Part shown: positions 9,136 to 20,400 of the stretch, in pieces
Numbering within the stretch: position 1 is the stretch's first letter
Layout: every line of letters begins with the position of its first letter
Origin: a virus
Taxonomy: Duplodnaviria; Caudoviricetes
Length of the DNA: 56,647 bases
Direction: 5' to 3' (one strand)
IMG/VR virus record: IMGVR_UViG_3300025759_014178
Location: 1 to 56,647 of that record
The notes under the pieces: model-generated
Databases searched by the model: none
What the model saw: only the letters and a program-made list of their open reading frames with translations
Told to the model about the DNA's origin: nothing
Program-made: the position numbers and the translations under genes

Positions 9136-10209
9136 TTAGCCTGCCGAAAGCTGCCCGTTTTTGAGCGCTTCCATGGCGTTGTAATAGTCCGATGGGTTTT
9201 CAACCCCTACAAGGGGATCGGCCGGTTGAGGTGGCGCAGTATCGGATCGAGCAGAGCCCGAGGCGATCGGCGCCTTAGTTTGAGGTTGGACTGCTGGTTT
9301 TGCTGGTTCAGATGGTTGGGAAGATTTGGCTTTTGGATCGACAGGGGCAACGCCTTTGCTCTTGGCTGCCATTTTGGCAAGCTGCCAGACGTAGTCCGGC
9401 TGAGAGACGCGGTCGTCACCTGTTTCAATCAGAACACTATGTATTCTGACCATTTCCTGATGGAGATCTGAATTTTCTTTTGCGGAATCAGGGTAGTAGG
9501 TCTCGGCCTTTTGACTGGCTTCACTGACCTGCTGCTGTTGTTGCTGTTGAGCGGTCTGAACCTCGCGCTGTTCGCGGTCGGTCAGAGGCTTCTCGAGCTT
9601 CCGTAATTCGTAAATTTGCTTTTCGATCCGACCTGCCTCGGCTACATCGTAGTCCTCGGTCTGGGCCTTGATCTTTGCCTCCATCAGTTCATCGAGGCGC
9701 ATTTCCAATTCTTCCAGAGTCTGTGGCGCATTTGGATCAACCGGCTCGTCAATCGCTTCACTTTCTTCCTTAGGGACCTCAATTTGAATGCCGGCAGATT
9801 CTGCCAACCTCATTTGAGCTTCCATTTGGAGTTCAGAAAAACTCTTGTCCGGATTTTCCTTTTGGAGCCTCAACACTTCGGCCAGCATTGGGTCGCTGGT
9901 CCTTACGCGCTGCCTATAAACTTCGTCAGACTCTCCGGGCTGCTGTTCGGGCGCCTCGGTGGACTCCTCGCTTGCAGGCTCTTGAGATTCTTCCTCAATC
10001 GGATCGGTCAATTCCTGCGGCGTCTCGCCAGCGGGTTCTTGTGCCGATGTTTCGGTTGGCTCTTGATATTGTAGCGCCGCATCCATCCACGCACTGGGGT
10101 CATCCCCCAACGTGTCAGGCGTTGCAGCATTCTGGTTTTCGGCCCCCAATTGGGTAGCCGCCGTCTCTGGTGGTTCCTGGGCTCTCGCCTCAGACGAATC
10201 CGTTTCCAT
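9136..10209 (-). CDS. Capsid scaffolding protein (start probably 10209 rather than 10218)
   Basis: Very acidic, Glu/Gln/Pro-rich, coiled-coil, immediately upstream of the capsid gene; start inferred from the conserved upstream motif. Confidence 0.8.
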   Translation of the reverse strand: METDSSEARAQEPPETAATQLGAENQNAATPDTLGDDPSAWMDAALQYQEPTETSAQEPAGETPQELTDPIEEESQEPASEESTEAPEQQPGESDEVYRQRVRTSDPMLAEVLRLQKENPDKSFSELQMEAQMRLAESAGIQIEVPKEESEAIDEPVDPNAPQTLEELEMRLDELMEAKIKAQTEDYDVAEAGRIEKQIYELRKLEKPLTDREQREVQTAQQQQQQQVSEASQKAETYYPDSAKENSDLHQEMVRIHSVLIETGDDRVSQPDYVWQLAKMAAKSKGVAPVDPKAKSSQPSEPAKPAVQPQTKAPIASGSARSDTAPPQPADPLVGVENPSDYYNAMEALKNGQLSAG

Positions 10210-10218
10210 ATTAAGCAT

Positions 10219-10243
10219 CTGAGTGGTAAAGTGACTGAGTCAA
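10219..10243 (-). promoter_or_regulatory. Putative phage-specific late promoter TTGAC-N14-ACTCAG (copy 1)
   Basis: TTGAC 10243-10239, ACTCAG 10224-10219, 9 nt to ATG 10209; same geometry at two other loci. Confidence 0.7.
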
Positions 10244-10257
10244 CAAAAAATTTAATT

Positions 10258-10986
10258 ATGCCAAATACAGCACCATCAGGAGGAGACCAATTTCTAGCAC
10301 CAGTTCCTGGTGCAGATTTCGATCCAGACAACGCCATCATGCAAGCAAGAGCGTTAAATGCTCTTCAAGACCAAATGAAATGGGTTGTTGATCTGCTTTT
10401 ACCTTTAGAAAGTGAAATACTAATCGATTCCAGAGGAAGGAAATTTGAAACTCTCGTCGACTTGCTGGGAACAGATCCTCAGTCTGCAAAAAAATGGAGA
10501 TTAACAGGAAGTCCTGAAGCTGCCTCAATTGAAAACCCAGGATTGATTCGGTCGGGAATGATGTTTAATACGTCGTTGCGAATAAAAGACATTGACGAAG
10601 AGTTTGATATCTCGACGATCAATGACCGCCTTTACCTCGAGGGTGAATTTATTGATGAAGAATGGAAAATAACTCTAAAAGGAGGTCAAGACTGGTCAGA
10701 CGCTTACCCAATTGATTACCAAGGCGGTAGCGATTTTAATTATCTCAAATTTTACTATCCGCTTGCTATTACGCATCAATTGGAAGCTTTGGAAAATGAC
10801 AACATTACACCTTCGCTATCTGACGCCGATGTAGGAGTTAGGTTAGTTGCCCCTGATTCTGATCTTACTTTAATAGATTCCTATTTTATTGATCAAGAAA
10901 AGGACGAAGGTCAATACATGATCTACCCAACACCGCCACCAGGAGATATTTATCTCCCTGCAAGCGCAGATGAAGATGCAGATTAA
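10258..10986 (+). CDS. Acidic hypothetical protein, antisense to the structural operon (ATG 10258)
   Basis: Long ORF; lower GC than the scaffold gene; start chosen to avoid overlapping the scaffold. Confidence 0.75.
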   Translation: MPNTAPSGGDQFLAPVPGADFDPDNAIMQARALNALQDQMKWVVDLLLPLESEILIDSRGRKFETLVDLLGTDPQSAKKWRLTGSPEAASIENPGLIRSGMMFNTSLRIKDIDEEFDISTINDRLYLEGEFIDEEWKITLKGGQDWSDAYPIDYQGGSDFNYLKFYYPLAITHQLEALENDNITPSLSDADVGVRLVAPDSDLTLIDSYFIDQEKDEGQYMIYPTPPPGDIYLPASADEDAD

Positions 10987-10994
10987 AACTCAGA

Positions 10995-12053
10995 ATGAGC
11001 AGACCAAAACCAACACCTTTTTGCGGACGCAACGCCTGGATGATTGACCGGCAAGGCATCAAAGTGTCCAATTTTTCTTTAGATCCATTTTGGGTAAGAC
11101 CTAAAGATTGGGTGGATTGGATGATAAACGTAAACCAAATCAATTATTTGATAGATGTCCAAGATGGCTTTGGCGGTTCTGTTTCGGGAGAGCTCGTTTC
11201 TGAATTAACAAGCGGTCCTCCGGTTGCAAACGAAGAACCAACAATTTACCGTAGAGAACAGCGGTGGATACCAAAGGGGGAAGGCGACAATCCGGATTAC
11301 TTGGACGCTTACAATTCTTTGAGGGTGTCTACCCTCTCATTTCCTGATAAAGCAAGGACTGCAAAACCCTACCCGCCATCCGACTACAACCGTGCGGATA
11401 TTGAACTGAATCCCATCAATGGGTCTTACGGAAACTACGGAGTTCAAGCTTGGAGGGAATGGCCTTTGTTTGACACAAATGACTTTTCTTATACCACGCC
11501 AGTTGTGTCGGTCTCGAATAATTCCCAAATTGCCACAAATCAATCGCTATGGAGGAAAGCTTGGGAACAAGAAGATATCGAAGAAGGAATACCAAACCCC
11601 GGATGGCGATACCAGATCCCATTTTTTTGCGAAATTGGTGTAGAACTTGGGCATTGTGGACCTGTGTTTGTAACAGAAAATTTTGACCCAAACACTGGCC
11701 CAGTTCCGATCGCGCCAATTTACGAAGATGTTTTTGAAGGAGGTCGAGTAGTCATTGGTGGAAACGCCTATTCGAATGAAAATGAAGATTCTGAGAACTT
11801 TGAAGAACCTGAAGACCCTTTTGAGATCCCTTCTGATTATCAAGAAATAGAAGTAGATTTCATTTTGACAGCGTTGTCAGGAGACGAATATACAATGCGA
11901 GCCAGAGTCCAATCTGGATTAGAAAGCGCAAGAACCCAAACGGACCCAAGCACTGAATACAATGATGGAACACCGTTCAATACAACGGGGGAAGGTGAAT
12001 ATGCGGCTTACAGCATGTCGGGCGAAGTCCGCATAAACCTGCAAAAAGTTTAG
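10995..12053 (+). CDS. Acidic, aromatic-rich hypothetical protein
   Basis: 352-aa ORF; its stop overlaps the stop of the convergent gene at 12050. Confidence 0.8.
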   Translation: MSRPKPTPFCGRNAWMIDRQGIKVSNFSLDPFWVRPKDWVDWMINVNQINYLIDVQDGFGGSVSGELVSELTSGPPVANEEPTIYRREQRWIPKGEGDNPDYLDAYNSLRVSTLSFPDKARTAKPYPPSDYNRADIELNPINGSYGNYGVQAWREWPLFDTNDFSYTTPVVSVSNNSQIATNQSLWRKAWEQEDIEEGIPNPGWRYQIPFFCEIGVELGHCGPVFVTENFDPNTGPVPIAPIYEDVFEGGRVVIGGNAYSNENEDSENFEEPEDPFEIPSDYQEIEVDFILTALSGDEYTMRARVQSGLESARTQTDPSTEYNDGTPFNTTGEGEYAAYSMSGEVRINLQKV

Positions 12054-12298
12054 CCGTCCGACTTCATTTGCTTTGAAAGATGCACTAGGTCGCGGTCCGG
12101 TTTTTCAATTACCTTACGGATAGCTTTTGCCTCGTTTCTTTTAGCCTCACGATCTTTGTCAGAAAGTTCTTCGTTTCGAAGAACGTCTTTTTCTAACACA
12201 AGCAAAGATTTTTCCAAATCTATCTTCAGATACTCATTCCAACCTGAACTGTTTAAAAGATTCCGGATTGCCAATATTCGATCTGTATTGTCCATCAA
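12050..12298 (-). CDS. Small portal-linked hypothetical protein
   Basis: ATGA-coupled to the portal stop; LLNSSGWNEYLK helical pattern typical of small post-portal genes. Confidence 0.7.
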   Translation of the reverse strand: MMDNTDRILAIRNLLNSSGWNEYLKIDLEKSLLVLEKDVLRNEELSDKDREAKRNEAKAIRKVIEKPDRDLVHLSKQMKSDG

Positions 12299-14496
12299 GT
12301 CAGTGGCCCCGTGTTGGCCGTAGGTTGTTGCCCTGCTGCATCCATAGCACCTTCAGGCCCACCAGGCAACTCTGACCCCCCTCCGATTTGTATGTTTGTA
12401 GGGATCAAATATCGTTCTGCATTCTGTATCTGGAACGACTTTAAAATATCCACGTAAAACTGCACTGTTTGTAGTTGGATTTGCGGCGGTAGACTGTAGA
12501 ACTCCCTGACAACACTGGCAGCCTGAAGGTTTTGCTGCAACTTTTGTTCCGCGTGATAGCGGGTCATCTCAAGTCTAATATTAAGATCGAGGTGATTGAT
12601 TTCTGCTGGAGACATGACGTCCATTACCGGAGATGCACCTTCAAAAAACTCAAAAACTTCATCTTCATCAAGGTTGGCCATTGTAACCAAGACGGCTTGA
12701 TGAACTAGATCTTCAATCCCGTCTTCAAGATCGGAAACGTAAACGCCAAAAAGCTCATGGCCGCTTAGGTCAATGTTTCGAATACCTGTAGCAAGCTTGG
12801 TGGAGTTTAGGCCGGCCATTTCAGAGTCATTGGCGCTGGCAACCCCACTCATGTTCATCGCCATTTGAAGATTAAACTCAATTAAGTTCTGAAGGTCATT
12901 GGATTTAATATCCTCAAGGTAAACCGTCTCAATTACATCTTGCGCTGTTTTGTCGGGCAACGGCGAATAAGTTCCACCCCAGTTCATCTCGAGGTTTGGA
13001 TTTGAATCACCCTCAATAGTGTTGTAAGGCCGGAAAAGGTCAATTCGGCCAGAGCTTGACTGACTGAAATTCCAACGGTTGAAAGATAAGTCTACAATCT
13101 TTTGGATTGGCTCAAAAATCTCCATGGATCCAATTCCATGCCATCTTCCCTCGACAGGGTTAATTCTAACACATCGGAAGGGGCGCTTTGAGTCTGGCGT
13201 TACATTGGCGACGTGATCATAAAAAAGCGGAATGTTGTTCTTACGATCGTAAACCAAGATCACATCTTCATATCGACCGTCTTCGTTTACATCAAAACGT
13301 AGATAGGTTTCTGCAATTTCGGTGGTTGGCTCCCTTGTCGTGGCTTCAGCCTCTCCCTCTGATGTCATGTCATCTCCCGACTCGTTGAGCTCAGGGCGAG
13401 GCTTGTTTGCGGCCGTGCTTGGCTGTCCGGACTCCGATGCTACTTCTCGAATTAGATTTAGGCCTCGAATGTAGGAATCTTCACTTCCTTGAAGTGAGTT
13501 GTTGTTGACGATCATATCAACTAGCGACATCACCGGCATATCATAAAGGTGACAGATCTGGTCAGCGTCTTGAATCGATTCGGCGTTTAACGGACACAAA
13601 AAATCGCGAAAGTAGACCGTTTTTGATTCTGGCCCCCTGTAATGGGTAACTGTTCTTTCGACTTTTCTAGCCTCGTAATTGCGATTCGCTTGCGTCGGAA
13701 CTGGTGTTACTTGGTCTCGACCCAATATAGACTGGGGAACAAAATCCATTGGGTTTTCACCTTCTGGGATAACTGGTTCAACCTCAATGATGTCATCATC
13801 CGAATAAATGTAGTCGCCATCGGCGGCAATAATTGGATTTCCATCTTCACCTATCATGACCACAGCTTCGGTCTCGTAGGTAACCGACTGGTCAAGATGG
13901 GTCGTTTTAACGACTGCCTCACCCCTTATGAATGCCCCATAAATTGCACGCTCAATCGTCTTTTTAAGCTTCGCTTTCCGAAGTTTAAAATTAGCGTAGC
14001 GGTTTACCTTGTCGGCTTTTTCTTTGTCAGATTCACCTATCGGTGATGCGGCCATGAAAGGCTCAGTTCCTACAAAGTATTTGATTGCTCGGCTGACTTG
14101 TTGCTGAACGATCCTGCGACTAATTGGAACAGTGTGGTTTGATTCTTCAAAAATGCCGCGTAGAATTGACTCTCGCCATTCAACTTGGTTGGCAAAAGTC
14201 ATCTCGTAAATGATTCGGCGCCCTAGAAATGTCTGGGCTGATTTCGCGGCTCTACCGGGATCGCTTGCATACCAATTTACGTCGTAAAGATTTTCACGAC
14301 CCATCTCTCCTTCCAAAGTTTTGTTTCTGGACTCTGCCCATTCGACCAGGCGGTCTTCTTGCTGTCGATTTAACCGTAGTGCTGATTTAATCATAACACG
14401 CGGCTCATCCCTGCGATCAACGGGGGGATATTGCGGGACGTTTTCGAGGACTTTGTCAATTTGAGGTTCTGCCATAAGTCTATCTGGTAGGGCCAA
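12295..14496 (-). CDS. Portal protein
   Basis: 733 aa; AFIRGEAVVK, RPF....NPVEGRWHGIG..E...PIQK..D...N, LATGI motifs of P22/T7-like portals. Confidence 0.88.
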   Translation of the reverse strand: MALPDRLMAEPQIDKVLENVPQYPPVDRRDEPRVMIKSALRLNRQQEDRLVEWAESRNKTLEGEMGRENLYDVNWYASDPGRAAKSAQTFLGRRIIYEMTFANQVEWRESILRGIFEESNHTVPISRRIVQQQVSRAIKYFVGTEPFMAASPIGESDKEKADKVNRYANFKLRKAKLKKTIERAIYGAFIRGEAVVKTTHLDQSVTYETEAVVMIGEDGNPIIAADGDYIYSDDDIIEVEPVIPEGENPMDFVPQSILGRDQVTPVPTQANRNYEARKVERTVTHYRGPESKTVYFRDFLCPLNAESIQDADQICHLYDMPVMSLVDMIVNNNSLQGSEDSYIRGLNLIREVASESGQPSTAANKPRPELNESGDDMTSEGEAEATTREPTTEIAETYLRFDVNEDGRYEDVILVYDRKNNIPLFYDHVANVTPDSKRPFRCVRINPVEGRWHGIGSMEIFEPIQKIVDLSFNRWNFSQSSSGRIDLFRPYNTIEGDSNPNLEMNWGGTYSPLPDKTAQDVIETVYLEDIKSNDLQNLIEFNLQMAMNMSGVASANDSEMAGLNSTKLATGIRNIDLSGHELFGVYVSDLEDGIEDLVHQAVLVTMANLDEDEVFEFFEGASPVMDVMSPAEINHLDLNIRLEMTRYHAEQKLQQNLQAASVVREFYSLPPQIQLQTVQFYVDILKSFQIQNAERYLIPTNIQIGGGSELPGGPEGAMDAAGQQPTANTGPLT

Positions 14497-17400
14497 TATA
14501 TCGGCCGTTTATAAAAAGTTGATCTTTGGCTTCCCTTCGAGCCTCGGAAAGCAACGCTTTGAAATCTTTCAGGTCATCTTCCGTTGGTCTGCTAATCTTT
14601 AACGGGTTAGCCCACTGATTGACTTTGACCGAGAATTTTTGTCCTGCAAGTTTTGAAAACGCATTGCGTTGTTCATCTGTCATATCTTCCCATTCGCCAA
14701 CGCTATTTTTAAATTTGTTTGTGGTAGATCCACCCCAGGATGTCGGGAATGTGCTAATTAGATCAGGGCGCTTTATAGAAAGCGAAGACAGAAACGCATC
14801 GCCTTTGTGAAGATCAGCGGCGGCGTATGGAGTCCGAACTAGCAACCTTGCTGGCCCGACAAGAGTCTTTTCAAGATCTCTTCCGTAAAGGTCGTGCTTA
14901 GGCAGACCAAATGCGCCAACATTTGTCAGACTGTAGAGGTATCCGGATCGATCTCGAGGAACTGGATCAAGCTGTCGAAGCGGCTGCCTAATTAGGTTTG
15001 GAACAAAGCCTCTCAAGAAATCCTTAATGCTTTTTGCAATCTGTTCTTCCGCTTTCTCCGGATTTCGGTTAATCATGTCGTTGCCCATACTGATTGTGTC
15101 AGCAACTGTTCGTATTCCTTGAAGAAAAGTTTTTTCTTGCGCTTGGTTTGCTAAAGATCCAGCAAAGTTTACAAGCCATGTCTGACCATCGGTGTTAGGG
15201 TTTTTCTTAAACTCTCGAATCATGTCAACTGTCGAAGCCAGCACGGTGGAAATAGGCTCGTATCGACCGTAATCAATGTGAATACCGTTTCTTCCGCCAA
15301 TCCGAATGATGGTGCTGCTTCCATATAGACGATCTGCAAGCTGGCGATCCGAGTGTCCACCAGGAGCATAAGGACGAGATCCCACGATAAGCAAGTTTTT
15401 GTCTTCGTCATCTTCGTCCCCTTCTGCGGCGCCAAAAAGAATTGTCATTACGACACTTGCTATGCCCTGCTCTGTAATATCCCGAATCAATTCCGACCGA
15501 CCCGCCTCACCGTAGTTGGCATTGAAAGACATTTTTCCTTCAGGTCCGTAAGTTGCAATTCCAGATTTGATAACTTTGTAGAAAAGATTTGCCGTCCCGG
15601 TTATGGGAGCTTTTCGAAGGCCAATCTCAAAGATTCTGTAGGGAGTTCGGATGAACGGAAACAAAAAGCTAAGTCCCATTTTAATCATCGATTGCTCGGC
15701 TTTTTGTATTTTTGCATTTCGGAATTTTTGAACCATCGACATCCACTGCTCTCTTTTCGAAGCTTCTGGGTCAGCTCGAAATTCTTTAGTAAAAGTCAAT
15801 TCTTTTGCTTTTCCGATTGCAAGAATCCAAGCCGGACTACCGTGTTCCATTAGTTCCTCAATCCGGCTTTCCATTTGATCTTGTCGCAAGTCGCCAACTT
15901 GAACTTGAGCGTTCGCTATTCGATAAGCCTGAACTGCCACTTCGCCCATGGCAATGGATGTCTTAAACAAAGTGTCCATTGCTTGAAGGGCATTTCCAGG
16001 CATTCTAATTATCCTGCCTTTTCGACCTTGAATGCTTGGCAAGTAGGCCGATTCAACTTTAGACGCATCAAATTGGGACACTGGTTCCTGCATAGCCCAA
16101 GACTCGAAAAAGTCGAGCCCGTCATTCTTGAATGAGGACACAGCGTTTCTCCATGCGGGGGCTATTCCTTTAGAAAAACCTTTCCAAAATCTTCGGATGT
16201 CTCCGTATTGAGCTCCTTGAGCTTTGTCGCCTGGAATGATTTGATTAAAAATCGACTCGAGGCCGGTTTGAATAGTTTTGTCCCAGCCAAGGTTTAAAGA
16301 GTTTGAGAAAACATTTATAGCCTGTGTTTGTGGCCCTGATAAAATTGAGTTTATCCAAAACTCATTGATAGCATTGTAAATGTTCCCGTTGAACACTGTA
16401 GCAAGAGTTCGCGCCGCCCAAACTGCGTGCTCCGGTTTTGCAATATCGAACTGGCCACTTTCTTCACCGTGAAATTGGTTTGCGTTCCGGACATCTTCCG
16501 GCACAAGCACAAACTCATCCGAAAGGCTTTGCTCATCCCGTTGCGCCATTTGCTGGGTCGCTTTTCCAAATTCTAGGCGAAGAGCCTTGCGGAAATCTTC
16601 CTCAAACTTTCTGATCTTCTCTTCGGTAATCCCTAGTTTCTTTTGTATCTTTTTGTTTGGCTGCCTATTGAGGATCATTTTGGCAGCGTCTTTGCCTACC
16701 TCAGATCTCATTCTATCTATTGCGGCTTTTACAGCCGGAGCCTGTCTGGAAGCCCTAATTCGATCGCCATTAAAAATATCGCGCAAAGTAACGCCGTAAG
16801 TTCCAAGAACATTCTTGGCGGTCTCCATGCGTTTTTGTTGAATCTCTGCGTCAACTTCGGCTGCTTTGATTTCCTCCCTGAGCGTCTTTAACTCATTTTT
16901 ATAGCGATTAGCTTCCTCAGGACTTTTGGCCTCTGAAATCAATTTGTGAACCTCTTTGATGCGATCTTGACGTTGTGGGTTCATGGCAAGATCTCTAATC
17001 CTGCGTTCTTCTGAGGCGGTATGTTCAGAAAAGCCCAAGAAAGACGCGATCATTTCCGCGTGACGTTCTGCCGGAGTTTTTGATGGGTCTCGGCCGGCCG
17101 CCAGTTCTCTAGCTACCTCAGTGCGCGTCCTTTGGTAAGCGTGAGAAAGAAGCCTCGCTCGTGAAATTGCTTGTGGGTCTTCTGAGGCTGTAGCGTCTCT
17201 CCAAGCTCGTGAAAGGACGATCTTGGCCGCGTAAACCATCTCAGCACTCCCAAGAGATGTGCGATTAGATCCCGCTTCCAGTATAGCGTTTTCAACTGCC
17301 GCAGGCGTTTGGTCGGCCATGCGGCGCCCTTCAGCCATCATGTCAGGCTCGCTTAGCTTTTCGCGCTCTCGATCGTATGCCCATTGAACTACTGAATGAG

Positions 17401-20400
17401 CGGCTCGAACATTTTCATCATCTGAAATATTGGCAAGTCGAGGAACCGCGGTCTGCACTTCTCCCTCCACTTCCTTTTTCCGTTCTTGCAGGTCGCTGAT
17501 AAAATCTGCAAGAGAGCCGACTTCCTCGGAAAGAACACGGGCTGCGTCGACTGCTTCGTCATCAATAGATCCTTCTTCATCTAGGTTTCCAATGTCGCGC
17601 TGGGCGGCCCCTTGGAATACTCTTTCTGCTATTTCAAGATCTCCAAGCCCTTTGACTTCAGCTACCTGAGAAGGCAAAAGCGCTACAGTTTTTGGTCTTC
17701 CACTTCCTTCTTCGTCAACCAGGATTGCGTCGTATCCCTGACTGCGGGACCAGTTTGCAACCAATGGCGTTTCAAGAAGGCCCCAGTGCGCTAGGTCAAC
17801 GCTTTGGTCAATCCATTCCGGAACTGTGTAAGGCCCAGTGATCACTTCAAAATCTTTATCGATGGCAAAGCCCTGCCGGTCCATTTCATCAGCAAGCTCG
17901 AGTTGAGTCTGACTTGGCTCTCCCACTTGGGGAATCCCGCGAAGCGCACGACGACGAATCCCCAGCACGTCAGCAAGGATGTCTCGGACTGACTCCACGT
18001 TATCTTGGAGATAACTCTTGAGGGCCGCTCCGGCTTCTCCGGTTGGGTCTAGCGGGTTTCGAATGTCAACCCATACCGGAACCGGATCGCCATAGTCTGA
18101 GGCGAGTTCAATAGGTCCGACAAAGACCAAGCCAGTGTCTGGACGGCCAGAGCCACTGATGCGGTCACCCCCATGAAAGTAAATTGATTGATCTACCGAC
18201 TCTGGGAAGGCGCTGTCTCGGGCGGCTGCGAATTGACTCAGTCTTCCGCCGCTAGGTCCGGATACTGAAGGAGGTATGCCTCCTCCAGACTGACCTCCCG
18301 GCCCCTCCGGATCTCCATCGCCTCGCGGGTCTCCTGAAGGCCCTCGATCTCCGCTGGGGTTAGGCCCATCTCCGCTTCCGTCATCCCACGCAAAGGAGGG
18401 AGTGAAGTTTGCTGTAAGGGCTGATCGGACATTACTAAAATCGGTTGATGATTTATTATTGTCCCATAATTCAGCGACTTCAGCAACCATTTTCGGACCC
18501 TTGCCAGCAAATATTTGACGGATCATTTCCCAAGTAATCGACTGCATCTGGCGGGGCTGAATACCGCGCTGTGCGGCAGCATCGCGAAGAGCCTCAAGGT
18601 GCGCCCAATAAAGTCCCGTGAGACCATTTCCTGCTGATCCAGAGGTGGAAGTTGTCGTTCCATCTGGAAGGTTGAATCCTGAACTGCTACCAAAATTGAC
18701 TCCTACTTGGTAATCCTTTTGAGCCAGTGGGAACATGAAAGCAGCGGCAACGTGATGGGTGTCGATAGTTCCGTCACCATACCCGTTATTCGGAGCAATG
18801 ATGTTATTGTAAAAATTTCTCACTTTGTGGTCATTGCTGATGGATGCACTAATATTCTCCAGAGATCCATCCTGAAGAACGCTAAACGCATTCCAGACCC
18901 CAGAAGCCGCTTGCCACCCCATGCCGGCAGGCTGTCCCGCTTTTGTCTGGGCTATGCCACCAACCCTACCCTCGGGATAGATCGTCTTGTAGTTCAGCCC
19001 GTGGACCTCACCGGTAAGGAATCGGAAAGCCCAATAGAAATCTGATTTAACCTTTTTGTCTTTCGTCGCCTCGGTTAGCAGGTCACGGAGTGTTTTTCCT
19101 TCCGCGTATGCCAGTTCTTCTGGCACGCTTTCATACAAGGCAAATGACTTAGGATCTTTGGCGTCCGCTTTTCGGATGGGGCGGTCCATGTGATTTTGCC
19201 AAACGTCCATAAGGTTGTGTCCCATCTGCACGTTCTGAAACCAATCTTTTCCTGGGCTTAGAGTGGCAAAAACGCCAGCGGCCTGTTCAGCAGTAACTCC
19301 ATAATCAGAAGCGGCATTGTCGGCCAGAATCCTCGCCCCGTCATACCAAAGCGAAGCCCTTTGCCTGAGTTTTTCTCCGTTGGGAATAGTGTCATAAAGG
19401 TCATGGAGGAAAAGTAGGTTTTCGACAAAGAAGTCATGAAGGCGCTTGGCTCTCGTTTCAGCAGTCAGTCGTTTGTCTGAAAAGTATCTCGGAAGTGGCA
19501 CCTCGATCCCCTTGATCTTTTTCGCGATGCGATCATATCGAGGCAACGTGAAGTGGGTCATCATCCCCATCTGTTTTTCAAGATGCTCAGGCGCGACCCT
19601 TTCTCTGGTCACGATATCTTCTTGGCTGGGTATTTTGTTCCCCTGTTTGGCTGTGCCAATACGGGAAGCATCGTGGATGGAACTTACGGAGTTAAACCCA
19701 CTGCTCCCAGAACTTCTCTGCGCGGGAAACTGACGCTGGGCGGCTTCTTGAAGCAAGTCGGATTTAGGGTTAAACCTCTGGCTGAGAGGGATCACGTTGC
19801 CGTCTGCATCGCGGGTTACGGGGTCGGCGGATTTGATGAATCCTCTCTCAAGATAAGTGGAGTAACGCTTTGCGGCATCTTTACTTACCATCCAATCAGA
19901 ATCCAAAGACCCTTGATGGTTCAAGGCAAAGTCTACCAATTTAGTTGATACCCCATCCCCCCTAAATTCAGGAGCGACATACATCGCAAAAATCTTAGGA
20001 GGTCTTCCGCTAGGGCGACTACCAGGATTATCTGATGAGACAATAATAAACCCACGAGCCTCACCTCCAACCTCCAGGCTATATCTGGTGAATAAGCTCG
20101 CCCCTGTCACGCTTGTATATGTGCTTATATTTCCATATCTACCTGTTGCCTCCTCCATCGACCCATCGAAGCTGATTGCTTGTGGGGCATTCCAGCGAGC
20201 GAATTGCTTCTCTGTTTTTTCGTCCAACTTCTCGGCGTTTTGCAAATTCTTGATTTGATTGGGAGTAATCCCAATTTTTTTAAACGCCCACTTAGCCATG
20301 TAGTCGTTGCGTCTCCAATACCCCGCAGCCATAGCCGCCTCATCGACCATACGCTGCGCCGTCTCCATGTCGCCGGACTCAACTGCTGCCAAGTAGTCTG

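Noticed and set aside
10988-10993. ACTCAG just before ATG 10995
   Set aside because: No TTGAC 14 nt upstream and only 1 nt to the ATG; does not fit the promoter geometry
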